64,000 nt of DNA from Lama guanicoe (taxonomy: Eukaryota). How positions within the stretch are numbered: position 1 is the first letter of the stretch; every line of letters begins with the position of its first letter. Positions 50,810 through 64,000 of the stretch are shown here, in pieces. Both the position numbers and the translations under genes were made by a program. Where the stretch lies: positions 2,610,151-2,674,150 of the forward strand of contig MU054001.1 in assembly GCA_013239625.1 (NCBI GenBank), written 5' to 3'. Below the pieces are notes generated by a model, which was given only the letters and a program-made list of their open reading frames with translations, was not told the origin of the DNA and did not search any database.

Positions 50810-51366
50810 AGATTACTTATTTACTGCTCTGTAACCAGCTACCTCCAAATTTAGCAGCTTAAAGCAAATAAATGTTTATTATCTCACAATTTCTGTGGGT
50901 CTGGAATCTGGGAGCAGCTTAGATGGATGGTTCTGGCTTGGGGTCTCTCGTAAAGTTATGATCAAGATGTCACCCAGGGCTGCAGTCGACTGAAGACTTG
51001 ATGTCAAGCTGGGGGTGGGGGGAAGGATCTTCTTCTGAAAGGATAGCTGTTGGAGAAGTTTCAGTTCTTCAACGGGCAGGAGGCTTCCAGTCATTGCCAT
51101 GTGAGTCTCTCCATAGAGCTGCTTGAGAATATATACCTACAACAGTGCAGCTGGTTTCCCCAAAAGCAGTTGATCCAAGAGAGAGGAAGGACACTGCCAT
51201 GCCCTTTATGACCTAGTCTGAGAAGTCACTTGCTGTCACTTCTGCCATATCCTATTTGTTACAAGTGAGTCACTGAGTTCTACTTCTGTGGAAGGGGAGC
51301 ACTAAATTCTACCTGCCGAAGAGAGGCACATCAAAGAATCTGTGGATGTATTTTAAAACCACCATA
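50810..51366 (-). mobile_element. MaLR solo LTR (MLT1F/G-like)
   Basis: aaatttagcagcttaaagc..tttattatctcacaatttctgtgggtctggaatctgggagcagcttag...ttttaaaaccaccata. Confidence 0.85.
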
Positions 51367-54059
51367 CCACCTAAATAGGGCACACTAGCATGGGTTCCCA
51401 GAGCAGACCTGTTTTCCATGCGCACTTAAGTAGCACTTTGTCTGAAAAGACCTCCTTCGCATCTTGGACCCACATTCTTCTTCCTTCTCTCACATCTAAA
51501 TAACAGCATCTCATTGCTTTGAGCGTGTTGTCTTTGACTGCTATGAATCATTACTGAAGGTGTGTATTTTGTTTTCTCCTCAATAAAATGTTAGGTGTCT
51601 TAAGATAAGGATTGTGTCATAACTGTACCTTCTCTAGAGGCCATTCCATGTTAGAGAAATAGCTGGTGCTCTACACATAAGCACAGGAGGCTGCTGAGTG
51701 TGGTGGGTGAGAGCAAGGCTTTGGAGTCAGGGCATCTTAGGTTCAAATTCTGGCTCCACCACTGTAAAAGCATGGGAAATCTATTACACAGGGAACAGTA
51801 TTAGAAAGTATCTCGTGAATCTATTGTGAAGATTTAATGAGGTAATGCACATTGAGAATGTAGGAGGTGATACACAAACTGTAGATATTATCATTGTGGT
51901 ACTGTTGCTGTTCATAATTATTTCACCTCTTCTTAGGACATCTTTTGTTATGTTGGATGAACTGACTTTTATCCTTTGGTCCTTGTCCTACCAACTTTCT
52001 GTGTGACATCAAGCAAGTTACTTCTTTTCGGAGCCTCCATTTTCTAATCTGTGAAACAAACCAGATAATTTCCATGACCCTTCTGAAGCAAGATTCTCTA
52101 ACTCTGTTTTCTCTTATACAGGTATAATTAAAGAGAGAAAAGATTTTCTGTTTTATCTGGGCAAGTTCTTCAGGACATACCATGTTAAATCATACGAAGA
52201 AGAACTTGTCAGAAGATGAGATACCTGTGTGGGTTTGTCTGTAAGAGAAGACAGAGACTAATATTTTTTGAGTACTTATTACGTGCTCAGACCTCCATAT
52301 ATATCATATCACTACATACAATTATGTATGTATGTATGTATACATATGTATGTATGAACCTCTCTTTTTCTCCCTTCTGCTTATCCCAGTCCATCCACCA
52401 TCCAAGATCCCCACTAAAGATGAAGGTCCCGGGTCATGTGGCCAATAAATAGCATCAGGGACAACTGGATCCATTCTGTGTGATTCCAATCCCAGGTCCT
52501 TCCCATGGTCCCTGGTCCCCTCCATTTGAGAAGGGTGTACCCTCCTGAGTGATTTAACCTCAGCTTATCCTTCCGTACCTGGCAGCAGAGATACTCAGGT
52601 AACCTAGGGCAAGCAGCAGTGGGGTCATTGGTGTAGCTGGATACCTCTCACTGGGCCAAGTTGAAGGGAATTATCTGGATTTTTTTAGTCCCTTTTAAAA
52701 TCCAGTACACAATTATCAGCAGTCTTGTCTCTATGACTTAGTCTCTGTGGCACTAAGAGGGTAAAATTCTTTGATATGAAAATTCCAGGGCTTCTGCTAG
52801 GGTTCTTGAGAGTCTGTACAGGAAGGGTTTTTCTTTTTTTCTTGTTTGTTTTATTGTTTTGGTTTTGTTTTAATCTCCCTTTGCCCTGGTCCCTCTAAGC
52901 TTGGGAAACTGTTGACTTTGTGTGGCAAAGCAGGGAGGTGGGCTCTGTGGGGTTTACCCCATTGACTTGTTGTCACTTTGTACCTGATTGATGCCTATGA
53001 AAAGTTCTGCTTACAGAGCAATAAGAGAGTCTTGCTCAGAGTCAAGGCCACCAGTTGGTCTCATGGCCTCCTCTCTTTGGGAAGGATTGGAAGGCTCAGC
53101 TGGCTGGGTCTTGTCTATTCAGCCTCCCAAGTGGGGCTCTGTCAAGGGTAGCCATACACCTGTGACTAGAGGGAGGAAGGACTAAATGCTTCTCCAAACA
53201 CACATGAGCATAAGGAGAGAGGGAAAAGAGGGCAGGCCATTGTATCATGTACCTGTGAGGGTGGAGGTGACCACAGGATAGGAGTGTAGGACAGAAAAGT
53301 GAAACACATATCAAGGTGGTGGGGCTGGCTACAGTGCTCAGTTTGGGCCCAGATGCCCACAGCTGTCAAGATGAAAACATAGACACTTGAGACCAGGAAG
53401 GCACTAAGTCTAATTCATTGACTTAAGAGATAGAAAAACAGATGTGATAAGGTATCCTCTCGCTTCTACCACTGTCATGTACCACTGTGTAGATAGTCGT
53501 ATCAGGTTTTGTCCCTATTGATCTGAGGTCTCTCTGAGGTTAGGATGAGTGTCTGGATTCTGAGAGAGAGCCCAGGAGTCAGGGACAATAGTACTGCAAC
53601 CACCAATGGCCCTTCAGTCCATTGACCATAAGCACCCAGGGACCTCTATAAATGGCACTCAGATTGCACTACCCCACTGCTTGAAACCCTCTTATCTGGT
53701 TCTTGACCTATCTACAAAGGAAAACTAAATATTAACTTACTAAAAATACAAGAAATTTTAATTGTGTTTATGATTTTAACTGTAATGCTAGACTTTTGTT
53801 CACAGAAGTAATTAGCCACATCAGTATTGTAGGTTAAAAACTGCAAAAGGGAAGACATATATTCCTTTAAATAAATTCCTCACTCTTCATTCTAAATTTG
53901 CCTAACTGCAGCATGTAGCATCTTGGTCTCTTAGAAATTTGTTTCTTCTATGTTGTTTTTTGAATACTGCCACTAGATTTGGATAACCTGTTTATTGAAA
54001 AGGGAAAGTAGGACAGAGGAAGTTTCTTAAAAATCAATATATATAAAGCTAAAGCTGAC

Positions 54060-54545
54060 AATGATTTCCTATCACACTTGGAACAAAATCTGAATTTCTT
54101 GCATTTCTTACCATGTTGGCATGTTCTTCACGAGCCGGTCACAGCCCATTGCTATGACCTCATCTCCTCATTCACTCCTCTCCAGATGTATTTTTCTTCC
54201 TTCTATCTCCTCAATATGCCAACTTTGTCCTCTCTTTAGGGCCTTTACATGTGCAGCTCCCTCTGGAAAGTTTTTCTGACAAATCTTGGCATGACTGTCT
54301 CCTTGTCATTCAGGTCTTAGGTCTCTGTCATCACACAGAGGTGTTCCCGACTGCCTGACTTTATGCGTTTGTATAATAAGTAGAACCAATAGTAATTATC
54401 TTGTTAATCTATTAATTTACTGGTTTATTGTCTGTTTCCTTCCCTGACACATCAGCTCCAAGAGAGTGGGGATTACAGCCTGGCTCATTCGTTGCTGTAT
54501 CCCCAGGGCTAGGCCAGTGCCTGGCACAGAGCAAATGTTCACTAA
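54060..54545 (+). mobile_element. L2a 3' portion
   Basis: agggcctttacatgtgcagctccctctggaa...cattcgttgctgtatccccagggctaggccagtgcctggcacagag. Confidence 0.8.
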
Positions 54546-57500
54546 AGAAATGAGGCAGTCTTGGCTCTGCTAGCTGCCACCTGTGTGACCTTGGGCTAGT
54601 CACTCTATTTTCATTATGTTAAATTAGGTTGTAAAATCTACTTGTTAGGAAGATAAATAACATGTTTATAAAATGCTTAGAATAGCACCAGATTCATAGA
54701 ATGTGTTTAATAATTAGAATTTTTTTGATTCCAATGCTTGAAACAATGTGTGTGTGCTTGTGTGCGCACATGGTCACATGCAGTAGGCACTGAATAAGTA
54801 TGTACTGATTGAACAGATACGTTTCCGAAATTACTCGTTGCAGGCCCAGATCTTCCAACGTAGGTCACCTGATTCCTATTCCTTGATAATTCTCAGTGCC
54901 AAGCATGCCTGAGGGGTGGGTTAGGGGAAATGGGATTTATGGGGATAGAATATTTTGAGAAGTGAATATAGGATGGCTCTCTGGAGATGTAGCTTCTAGA
55001 TGTGGTTCTGTCCGTTTGAGTCACTGGGGAGGCCATGTTATGTCTGTTGGCTTCTGTTTTCTGATCTATAAAATGGAGATTGTATACTGGTTTTTCCTCC
55101 TTCCTGTTAACAGATTCTGATTTATCACCTGCTTTGCGTCCAGATGGGAGGCACAGTTATGCCCACATGTTGCATATGATCTAGCTGGGGAGATGTACTG
55201 TGGACAGATACTACCAAGAAAAACACAAGACTTTATCAACTAAATGAGATGAGAGTAGAACAATCTGAGATCAGAATTGGACACTCTTTGTCACTGGAAG
55301 TTGTGATGGCTTAGAATGTTCTGGAAGAAAGGCTTAAATTGACTCTTGAATCTCACTTGGTGATTGTGAGAATAAGATGGTATAAATTATATGAAATCCC
55401 TGTGACAGTATAATGAGCTCTACAGTTGTAAAGTGTTAGGTTTACTATTCTCTTTCAGATCCAAACAATTCACCCCAAGATAACAGGCCTGTTCTATATT
55501 CTTATGCTTTATACCTTAAGTCAAATGTGACGAGAAATAAGGCCTCCATTCTTCCTATTCCTCAGTACAATGTGGGAGAGTGAAGGTTCATAACTTAGGT
55601 CAGAAAATTTAAGTTCATGTCTAGATTCTGCTACTTATTAGCAGTGTGATCTTCGACAAGTTCTGTAACTCCTCTAAATCTCATTTTCCTTCTGTGTATA
55701 ACTCATAGAATTGTGCTGAGTGTGACATTATGAAATGTAAAGCACTATCCAAAAAGCTATGGCATGGCTTTAATTGTCTGAATAGCTTATTTGGTATAGA
55801 AATATTCCAAGCAGTAGTCTGTATGCTTCCTAAGATATGGAAGATTCATCAAAGGCAGAATCTGCAATATTTATTTATATTTTTAGTTTTGATTACATCT
55901 TCCATATGGTGTCTGGTTAGATGACTCAGTGAGCATAATTGTTGGTTAGTCCTCAGCTAGTCTCCAAATGAGTATTTTTCATATTTCAACCAAAGTCCCA
56001 ATCCAAACAGTTTTGTTTGTTTGATGAGGGCATCGGGTTTATGCATAAAGGTAAGGATCAATGTATTCTGAGTATTTTTCAATACTGGATCTTGAAGGAA
56101 GCACTGATTTCCAGAACTGGCCACAACAAATAGCTGCTTATTAGATGAGAAAGCTGAGAGTTTTGTAATATTTTCAGAGAGGTTTTTTTTGACCATCTGT
56201 CTAAAGTGGCCCTCTCCCAATCACCCTCTGCAACATCATCCTGTTCATTTCCTCTGCAGAACTTACAGCTGTTTAAAACTACCTTATTTGTTTACTTGTC
56301 TGTTTTTCTCTTATGTGCTAACAGAATGCAACGTTGATGGGAATGGACCTTCATTCATTTCTCCATCTCTGTAACTCGGAATAATTTCTAACACATGGAG
56401 GTGATCAAGAAATATTAATTAGTTCATAAGTGAATGCAGCCACTGAACTAGACACTAAAAAACAATTCAGTTGTCCAGTTCTGCCTTTACTCCAAAGATG
56501 ACTTCCCCTAGGTACACTTGAGCATTGCATGTTTATCTGGCTGAGCAGAGTCAACCAGCACGGCAGAGATTTAGTATCTCTGAGTCTCATTCATACACAA
56601 GAAACCCAGCCAGAAGAGTAATTCCAAAGACCCAAGATAATATTCCCCATCTTGAAAACGTGAAAAGAGAGTCAGCCTACGTCCTTGTTTGGCATGTGGT
56701 CAGTTGTAGCAACCTCAATTTGCAGGTTTCCTTTTCAGTAGAGCACAGCCTCTACTGTGTAATGGCTTCTGAAAGCAAGTTAACTTTGTTTCCTCTTTGA
56801 GGGCAAACCACATGAAGCATGTTAAGTTCTCTGCTACTGAAATGTTAAGGGCCATGAGCTAGAATATGCAGTGACCAGGCACTGCCAAGATGAGGACCCC
56901 TCAGGCAAGTCCTTCACCTCTTTTCCGCACTGCCTGCACAGCCGGTAACCCTTGGGACCAATCATTCTTGAAGATTTGTGCTGTGTTCAGAATTATTAAG
57001 TTAATTCTCAGTTTGCAGTTAGTTATGGAGTTACCAGTTATGATGGTAACTTCTATATTCATGCAAAATTCTTTCTTGAATAAGTTACTCAGTGTAACAA
57101 AGGTTTTCTCTGAATCTTTATTGTGATATCATCTTGAATGAGAATGGCTAATCTGCATAACTTTGTTCAGAAGTGTTGATTATGGACTGAAGTTTTGTAT
57201 TTTTATGTTAATTTCAGATAAACCCTTTTTCTCTTGTATTTGACATCAACATAGCCAGATAATTTTGAAGTTCTGGTGATTGTATTTTTAAATGTACAAA
57301 ACAAAGTTCCAGTGCAAGTAGGTACTTTTTTTTTTTTTTTACCAACTGTAAGACTTGAGTGTGTTGTAAATATTATAGAAAGGGCAGCATTCTAGTCCAG
57401 CTATACTCCTACAGAGTTATTTTCTGTGAACCCTAGATCTAAGCTTTGTAATGGTGCACTCACAATATCTTCCTTGTCTATCACCTCAGGCCACATTCAG

Positions 57501-57627
57501 TGTTTCCTCACTTAAAATCCACAAAAGTTTGGATGATCACATCTCTGCACAGTGGTCCTTTGGGCATCTATTTGATTCTTTTTAGGAGATGTTAGAAGTG
57601 GAAAAGGCCAGTGATACATATAAACCA

Positions 57628-57802
57628 GCAGTGTCCAAACTCGTTTTTGTTGAGTGATTGTGTCCAAGTCAAAAAACCTGGGAATCTTTAAAAACATACA
57701 GATCCTAGGACTCCAACCCCCAGAAATTCTTATTTGGAAGGGTTGGGGTCTGATCTTACAATCTGTATTTTTAAAAATCTGATGCAAAGTTGGGTTTGGG
57801 AA
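57628..57802. mobile_element. MER5-type MITE
   Basis: cagtgtccaaact..acctgggaatctttaaaaacatacagatcctagg..ccccagaaattct..tctgtatttttaa. Confidence 0.7.
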
Positions 57803-58987
57803 CAGGTTGCCTCTAGCACAACACCCTGATTTTATTGACAGTTAACTGAGATCCACTAAGACAGAGGAAACATCCATGAACCCACTGCTAGCTAGTGGCC
57901 CAGCACATACATCCTCAGTCTCTTTCATCCTGGTTTCATCATCATTCTTTAATTATGATGACACTATAACAATAACAACTCTCTAAAACCACAACTCAAC
58001 AGGTACACCTACTGTGTATACCTTTGTGCTGCCTCGATGCCTCATTTTCTCTCATCCTCCTAAGAATACTTACGAGGTATGCCTTCCCTGCTTCCCAGAA
58101 TAATCATGCCTCACAGTACCTTTTTATATAACCAAGTGCCTTTAATGACATTTCTAAGTGTTTCCCAATGACAGTGTGAGTGACTGAGTCAGGAGGCTGT
58201 TAATAACTGGGAAACTGACCCTGCAGGATTTCAATGCCCATGATTTGGAGAAAGATGATTTACATGGGAGGGGAAAGGTATTTTAAAAGAGCTAAAGCTA
58301 ATGGTTGTTCATAAGTCTACTTTGTTCTGAGGGTCCCAGAATTGACCATCACTGCTTTCTTTTAATCAGAAGCTGAAACTTTCCTGGTTACTCTCAAGGG
58401 GGAAAATCCTCAGTGGTAAAATGATTTCTAGATTCAATCAAAACAGCTCCCCCACCCCCAAGAAAAAAGATCTCTCAGAAATTCTTAACACTTAATAAAT
58501 GTGTTGTGGACTCATAAAAATGGAGCCTGAAGCTCCCCAGAGTACTTTTATGATCAGGGTTCTGGGAGGCACAGGATTCCCTGAGCTAGATTTTCTAATA
58601 GAGAATCTGGAGAAAGGTTTTGGGATAGTCTTTCCTTTGTGAATGTGAGTTAGGAGGTATGTGTGTGAGGGGGAAGAGAGAACATGCCTGTATGTGTGTT
58701 TGTATTTGTGCATGCAACTGAAGATTCTCCCTGCTCTCGGGAATTTTCCTTTCTCTCAGGAATATATGAGGCAGCTTTCCTGGTAGAGGCAGGGGAGCAA
58801 AGAAGCAGATCCACGCAGAATTTTAAAGCTCGGAGAGTTAAGCTGCCTTCTCTCAGCTTGGCTGACTTCTCTTTAATGTCCTTAAGTGTCCAGCTTTGTT
58901 TCATCTGTTTTAATTGTCAAAACAGGGTTTTTTTTTTCTTTTTAGTTAGTTATATTTTTCTTATTATCAAAGTAATATATTTAATTT

Positions 58988-59192
58988 AGACTTTATTTTT
59001 TTAAGCTTATAGCAAAATTGAGCAGAAAATATAAAGAGTTTCCACATACCCCTGTCCCCTTTCCCGGCAACAAAGCACACCCTCTCCCATTATCAACATC
59101 CAGCACCAGAAATACATTTACAATCGAAGGACCAGTCTTGACCCATTAGCACCCAAAGCCCATAGTTTACATTAGGATTCATGCTTGGTGCT
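58988..59192 (-). mobile_element. L1MC1/2-like 3' end
   Basis: agcaaaattgagcagaaaatataaagagtttccacataccc...cccaaagcccatagtttacattagg. Confidence 0.75.
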
Positions 59193-59874
59193 GGATATAA
59201 TACATTTTTATTGTAGACTTTGAAACATCAAGAACACACTAAAAAAGTCAAGAAAATTAATAGTATCTATAATCCTGCATCCAAATTTAACTACGGGTCA
59301 CATTTTGGCTATATACCCCACTCACCCATGTCTGTATCTGCATGTGTGAGTGTGTGCGTATGTATTTTTTTTTCCTTATCAAAATCATACTGGGAATACC
59401 ACTTCTGCCACTCTTTTCAACTAATATAACTTGAAAATCTTTTGACATTTTAAATATTCTAACAAATGATTTTTCATGACTGCATAGTTCCACACTGAAT
59501 GTTTGATGATGCTATTTCTTGTAATAATAAATTACTGTAAGCACTGATGGCATGAACCTCCTCTGTGTACCCTTCCTGCCTTAGGGCAGATTCCTAGGGG
59601 AGGAGTTGTGATGTCAAAGGACTCCATACCATCAGACTCTCTTTACAGTAAGCCAGCCCAGCCTCCAGAAAGGCTCCACCAAGGTGCCCTTCCACCTGCA
59701 AAGTGTAAAACTGCCCCTTTATCTACATACTTACCCAAAGTAGATACTTAAATTTAAAAATCTATTATAAAAGCAATTACAAAATGCTATCTCAATTGTA
59801 AATAAAGTAAAGGAATAAATTATGTCTCCTTTTCTACATGTCCCCCAATAGCAAGTCAAGTATTTTTGTTTTAC

Positions 59875-60310
59875 TTTTTTTTAATTGAAGTATAGTTGAT
59901 TTACCATGTTCAGGTATATAGCAAAGTGATTCAGTTATATATATACATACTTTTTTGTATTCTTTTCCATTATAGGTTATTACAAGATATTGAATATAGT
60001 TCTCTGTGCTATACAGTAGGTCCTTATTGTTTATCTATTTTATATGTAGTACGTATCTGTTAATCCTAAATTCCAAGTTCATCTCCCCTCCTTTGGTAAT
60101 CATAAGTTTGTTTTCTACGTCTGTGAATCTACTTCTGGTTTGTAAATAATTTCATTTGTATCATTTTTTAGATTCCACATATAAGTGATATTATATGATA
60201 TTTGTCTTTCTCTATCTGACTTACTTCACTTAGTATGATAATCCCTAGGCCCATCCATGTTGCTGCAGATGGCATTATTTCATTCTTTTTATGGCTGAGT
60301 AGTATTCTAT

Positions 60311-60358
<48 letters not shown>

Positions 60359-60735
60359 ACATCTTCTTTATTCATTCATCTGTTGACAGACGTTTAGGCT
60401 GCTTCCATGTCTTGGCTGTTGTAAATAGTTTTGCTATGAACATTGGAGTACGTGTGTCTTTTCCAGTTAGAATTTTCTCTGGATAATTGCCCAGGAGTGG
60501 GATTGCTACATCATATGGTAACTCTGTTTTTAGTTTTTTAAGGAACCTCCATACTATTATTCATAGTGGCTGCATCAATTTATATTCCCACCACTGGGGT
60601 AGGAGGGTTCCCTTTTCTCCACACTCTCTCCAGCATTTACTATTTGTAGACTTTTTGCTGATGGCCATTCTGACCAGTGTGAGAATGATTTGCATTTCTC
60701 TAATTAGTAATGTTGAACATCTTTTCATGTGTCTT
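59875..60735 (-). mobile_element. Younger L1 3' end (end of ORF2 plus 3' UTR; cetartiodactyl/L1MA9-like)
   Basis: Poly-T then aattgaagtatagttgatttac; the region's ORFs ([41 protein letters not shown]) are L1 ORF2 C-terminal motifs. Confidence 0.95.
60315..60354. repeat. (TA)20 microsatellite inside L1
   Basis: Directly visible. Confidence 0.95.
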
Positions 60736-62356
60736 TGAACCCATTTAATAAGCACCCCTAATACTGTTTTTATTGTTGTGGCCATTATATAGATTAATAA
60801 GTCATTCCCTATCCTCAAGAATTTCATTCATTAGAGTGTAAATAGATAAGTATATAACTAAATTATGTGATATGCTAAGTTCTTTGCATATGGTTGGTAC
60901 TCAATAATTATTTTTTGAATGGATGCCTAGATAAAGAGGACCAGTGGGCTGTGGAATTGCAAAGGGGAAAGGCCTTGATTTTTCCTGAGGGTGATAAGGA
61001 GAAGCTTCCAAGTGGAGATGACTTGCTGTCCATTCTTTCTCCATCTGTGTATAAGCACTGGACACTCCTGTAGGTACTGGAGACATGGTGGTGGTGAAGG
61101 CCAGCAGAACCCTTGACTTTGTGGAGCTTCCATTTTAAAGGGTGAAATGTCCACTTTCCAGATCCACAGTGCTCCCCCAAACCAGTTGTAAATCTTTCCA
61201 GATTGTGTAAACATAGGTCTGTATTCATATTCATTTGTATATATACACGTATAATTTTTAAAACTCAAAAATTACATTTTTAGGTTTTTAGTACATTGTT
61301 AATAATATTTCTTAGCCACTCTTCTTTTTCATTAAGTATAGATCTGATTCTTTTTTTTTAGCTGTATGGTATTTCATAGTATGAATATACAAAAATATAT
61401 CTAAATAATCCCTTATTGATAATTTAAGTTGTTTCTAATTATCTCTATGATAAATAAAGCTGCAATGAGTATCCTCATTTCTAGAAATGGAAGCATTCAT
61501 TTTAATAGTTGCTGCTCAATTTTTATTTTAAAAGGCTTTCTGATTTACATGTCAAATTAAAGGCACTGTCCTGAAACTTGAGTTTTATGTAGAGGCAAGG
61601 ATTAAAGGGTGTTGATTCTTCCTGAAATTTAGCTCTAAGTAGCCTTTTTTTCTTTTTCTTTTTTTGCAGTGATTCCTTGACCTGCGCAATTGGATCAAAC
61701 CTAGACCAAATTAAATCTTACTTATGTAGAAACTTGGTCTCCATGACCTTGCGTTTATCTGGGGAGTGATTTATTGGTGTAGGCTGCAGTCCAGCTATGA
61801 ATGACTCTGATGGGAGAACATACTTATCCTTCCATCTATAGAAGCTGAATTAGGCTTACTGGGATTAACTGAGACTGAAGGACTTGTTCATCTACTTTAA
61901 TTATCCTTCCAATGGGAGCTTTTTCCCAGACTGGATTTTGGATCAGGAGAAGAATGGAGGCTGGAGGGAGTGATAGAACAGCTCAGTTAAAGATCTTATA
62001 GAAAAGGGACTGAGAAGGGAAGGCTGTAGCCTAATGTAGGTAGATAAGATTTTATTTTATTTTTTTAGTTTTGAAGGGAAAGGTCATATTTAAAGGGAAG
62101 AAAAGGATATGTTTTGTAAACTTTGAATATCTTAGCTTGCCAATGAAATTATTTTTCTGAGGAATCCCATTAAAAGTCATAAAGAAAGAAAGGAGTGTTT
62201 TTCCTTGCTCTAAAACAAGCCAGTTTGTCCCATACTGAAACTTACACCCATAAAAAACAAAGTTAACAAAAGGATGAAGGCTAGGACAACTGAGAGAATT
62301 GGAGAGCTGAAGACAAAGGCTAGACAAAATGGCCATTGTACCATCATTGTGTTCTC

Positions 62357-62375
62357 TGCTGCCCTCTAGTGGTCA
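62357..62375 (-). promoter_or_regulatory. CTCF core motif
   Basis: Minus strand tgaccactagagggcagca fits the CTCF consensus CCACYAGRKGGCRS; occupancy unknown. Confidence 0.6.
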
Positions 62376-62643
62376 CTTGAGGGAGTCGGGTGTAAAAATG
62401 TCTCAAGGTCATGGTTACATAACTAGATTGTAGGAGAGACGAAGGTGGCATTAGATAGTCCTTAAAACTGCCCATCTTGTCAACACCCTGACTAGTGATG
62501 AGGGGACAGATGTTCTGGGATAGAAACCAGAGAACAGCCAAGTGTATACTGCAGTGGGGCTACTTACTAGTAGAGAGGAAATATGGGAAACAGGACACTT
62601 TCCACTTAATTCATTGTGGCTTGTATATATGCAGCATCGACTC

Positions 62644-63379
62644 TGCCAGATTTTGTGTGCAGCATTGAAGATACAGAGAGGAATTAAACATAATCCCTGT
62701 CCTTGGGGAGATCTCAGTGAAGAGGGCAGGGCACAAACACACAAGTTAGATTAGGAACAGTGTTGTAAGAGGCATTTGACAAGACATTTGTTCTTGATAG
62801 TAATTCTCAAGTTAGAATGAGATTACTCACTGAGCATTTTCATTTGTTCTAAAAAAGGAAAATATTTTCTTGTTCTGTGTAGAGATGATGGTACAGGGAA
62901 TGGATAAAATTTTCTTTCTTCTTTCTCTTTTGTAAAACACTGGATTTGGACTGCTGAGGTGGCACAACTATGACAGCTCAAAGTTTTAGTCTTGGTTTGA
63001 AGATGAAAGCCAAACCGTGTACATGAGTTCTTTATTCCTTTGCTAAATAAATTCCTCTGTGAACTATGGGAAATAAAAGGCTCTACTGAGGGAGGCAGTG
63101 GAGTCAAAGATGGCCACTCCCTCCCACCACCCCACCTCCATCTGTGCAGAGCTGCATCTAATGCTCCTCAGGGAATCTTTTCTAGACTCCTCTGCATCGT
63201 CAGTCTTTAGGAACTCGTTTTATTTAGAGACATGCAGGCCTTGCTAAGTGCCAGATTTTGTGTGCAGGATTGAAGATACAGGGGGAAATTAAACATAGCC
63301 CCTCTCCCAATGTAGAGGGCAGGGCACAAACAAACAGCAAATTAGACTTGAAACAGTGTTATAAGAGGCATTTGACAAG
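62644..63379 (+). repeat. Dispersed direct duplication of about 135 bp (62644-62783 and 63249-63379), L2-derived
   Basis: Shared tgccagattttgtgtgcag, attgaagatacag, aattaaacata, agagggcagggcacaaaca, aacagtgtt, taagaggcatttgacaag. Confidence 0.9.
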
Positions 63380-63699
63380 GCATCTCTCCCAGTTCCTTTG
63401 CGAGCAGCTTTTGGATTGCATTTATTAAAAACTAATTTTCCACTCTTTGCATTAACTAAGAAGCCAAGGAAGAGGGTGGGATTAAAGGGGTAGGGTTCCA
63501 CCTTTAGTATTAGAGTAACACTAATGTAAGATGTGTGCATTTAGGGAAGCTACACTTACCTTCATCTGGAATTTATTGGAGGACCAAGGACTATACCTCT
63601 CATGGATATTTTTTGGGGAGTCTGGCTAGTATCCATTCCCCTGCCTCCCTCCATCCACATTGGACTTTATATGGGCAGTCACCTCTCCTCACTCTCTCT

Positions 63700-64000
63700 C
63701 CATGGCTTTAGAGTTCAAACTGCTCCTGCATGTAAACCATGAGTGGCCACTCAGAGTTTGACATCCTCAGGCTCCTATGATAAGTTCAGGAAAGGGCACG
63801 AGGCCTGGGCTGGACATTCAGGGAAAATGGGACTCCACCCTGGGACTTTTGTTGAAGCTGTGAGGGGAAAGCATTCTTTCTCTTGTGTGATAGTCAAGAG
63901 AATGGGACATAAGGCTGGAGCTGGTGACATCTTGCCACCATGAAGAGAGAAGTTTTCTAAGAGTTCCACCGTTCTAAAGGAAAGAGGAGAAATTGATGTC
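63700..64000 (+). mobile_element. Old MLT1 (J/K/L-like) LTR running off the window edge
   Basis: ccctgggacttttgttgaagctg...ggctggagctggtgacatcttgccaccatgaagagagaa. Confidence 0.5.

Noticed and set aside
60168..60827. Cluster of ORFs
   Set aside because: Sense and antisense translations of the L1 ORF2 end and (TA)n
27700..64000. Naming the gene (I considered GPAM- and FGGY-like layouts)
   Set aside because: None of their coding exons were found in the window, so no gene symbol can be supported
1..64000. CRISPR arrays, operons, rRNA or other prokaryotic/viral systems
   Set aside because: Mammalian repeat landscape throughout; no repeat-spacer array or long intact ORF

Overview
AT-rich, CpG-depleted placental-mammal genomic DNA. 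It is most likely camelid, because it carries two tRNA-Ala-derived SINEs of the Vic-1 type and I recognised no Alu, B1, Bov-A/BovB or PRE elements. Much of the window is old interspersed repeat: MIR, L2, L1M/HAL1, MaLR MLT1 LTRs, an LTR16/ERV-L proviral remnant with a recognisable gag fossil, and hAT-Charlie/Tip100 and Tigger MITEs. I could not support any protein-coding exon; the supplied ORFs are repeat-derived or chance. The main functional-looking element is a small CpG-island promoter at about 27.7-28.45 kb (two NF-Y boxes, E-box, GC/CACCC boxes, Inr, splice donors). It probably starts a lncRNA or a gene with a long first intron that I cannot name. Other observations: an L1/HAL1 ORF1 split into opposite-strand pieces that join at the same codon, a CpG-retaining E-box-rich zone at 12.7-15.2 kb, several repeat-free enhancer-like blocks, a strong CTCF motif and a local ~135-bp duplication. 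Repeat subfamily names come from remembered consensus sequences and boundaries are approximate. I see no evidence for a wholly new biological system.
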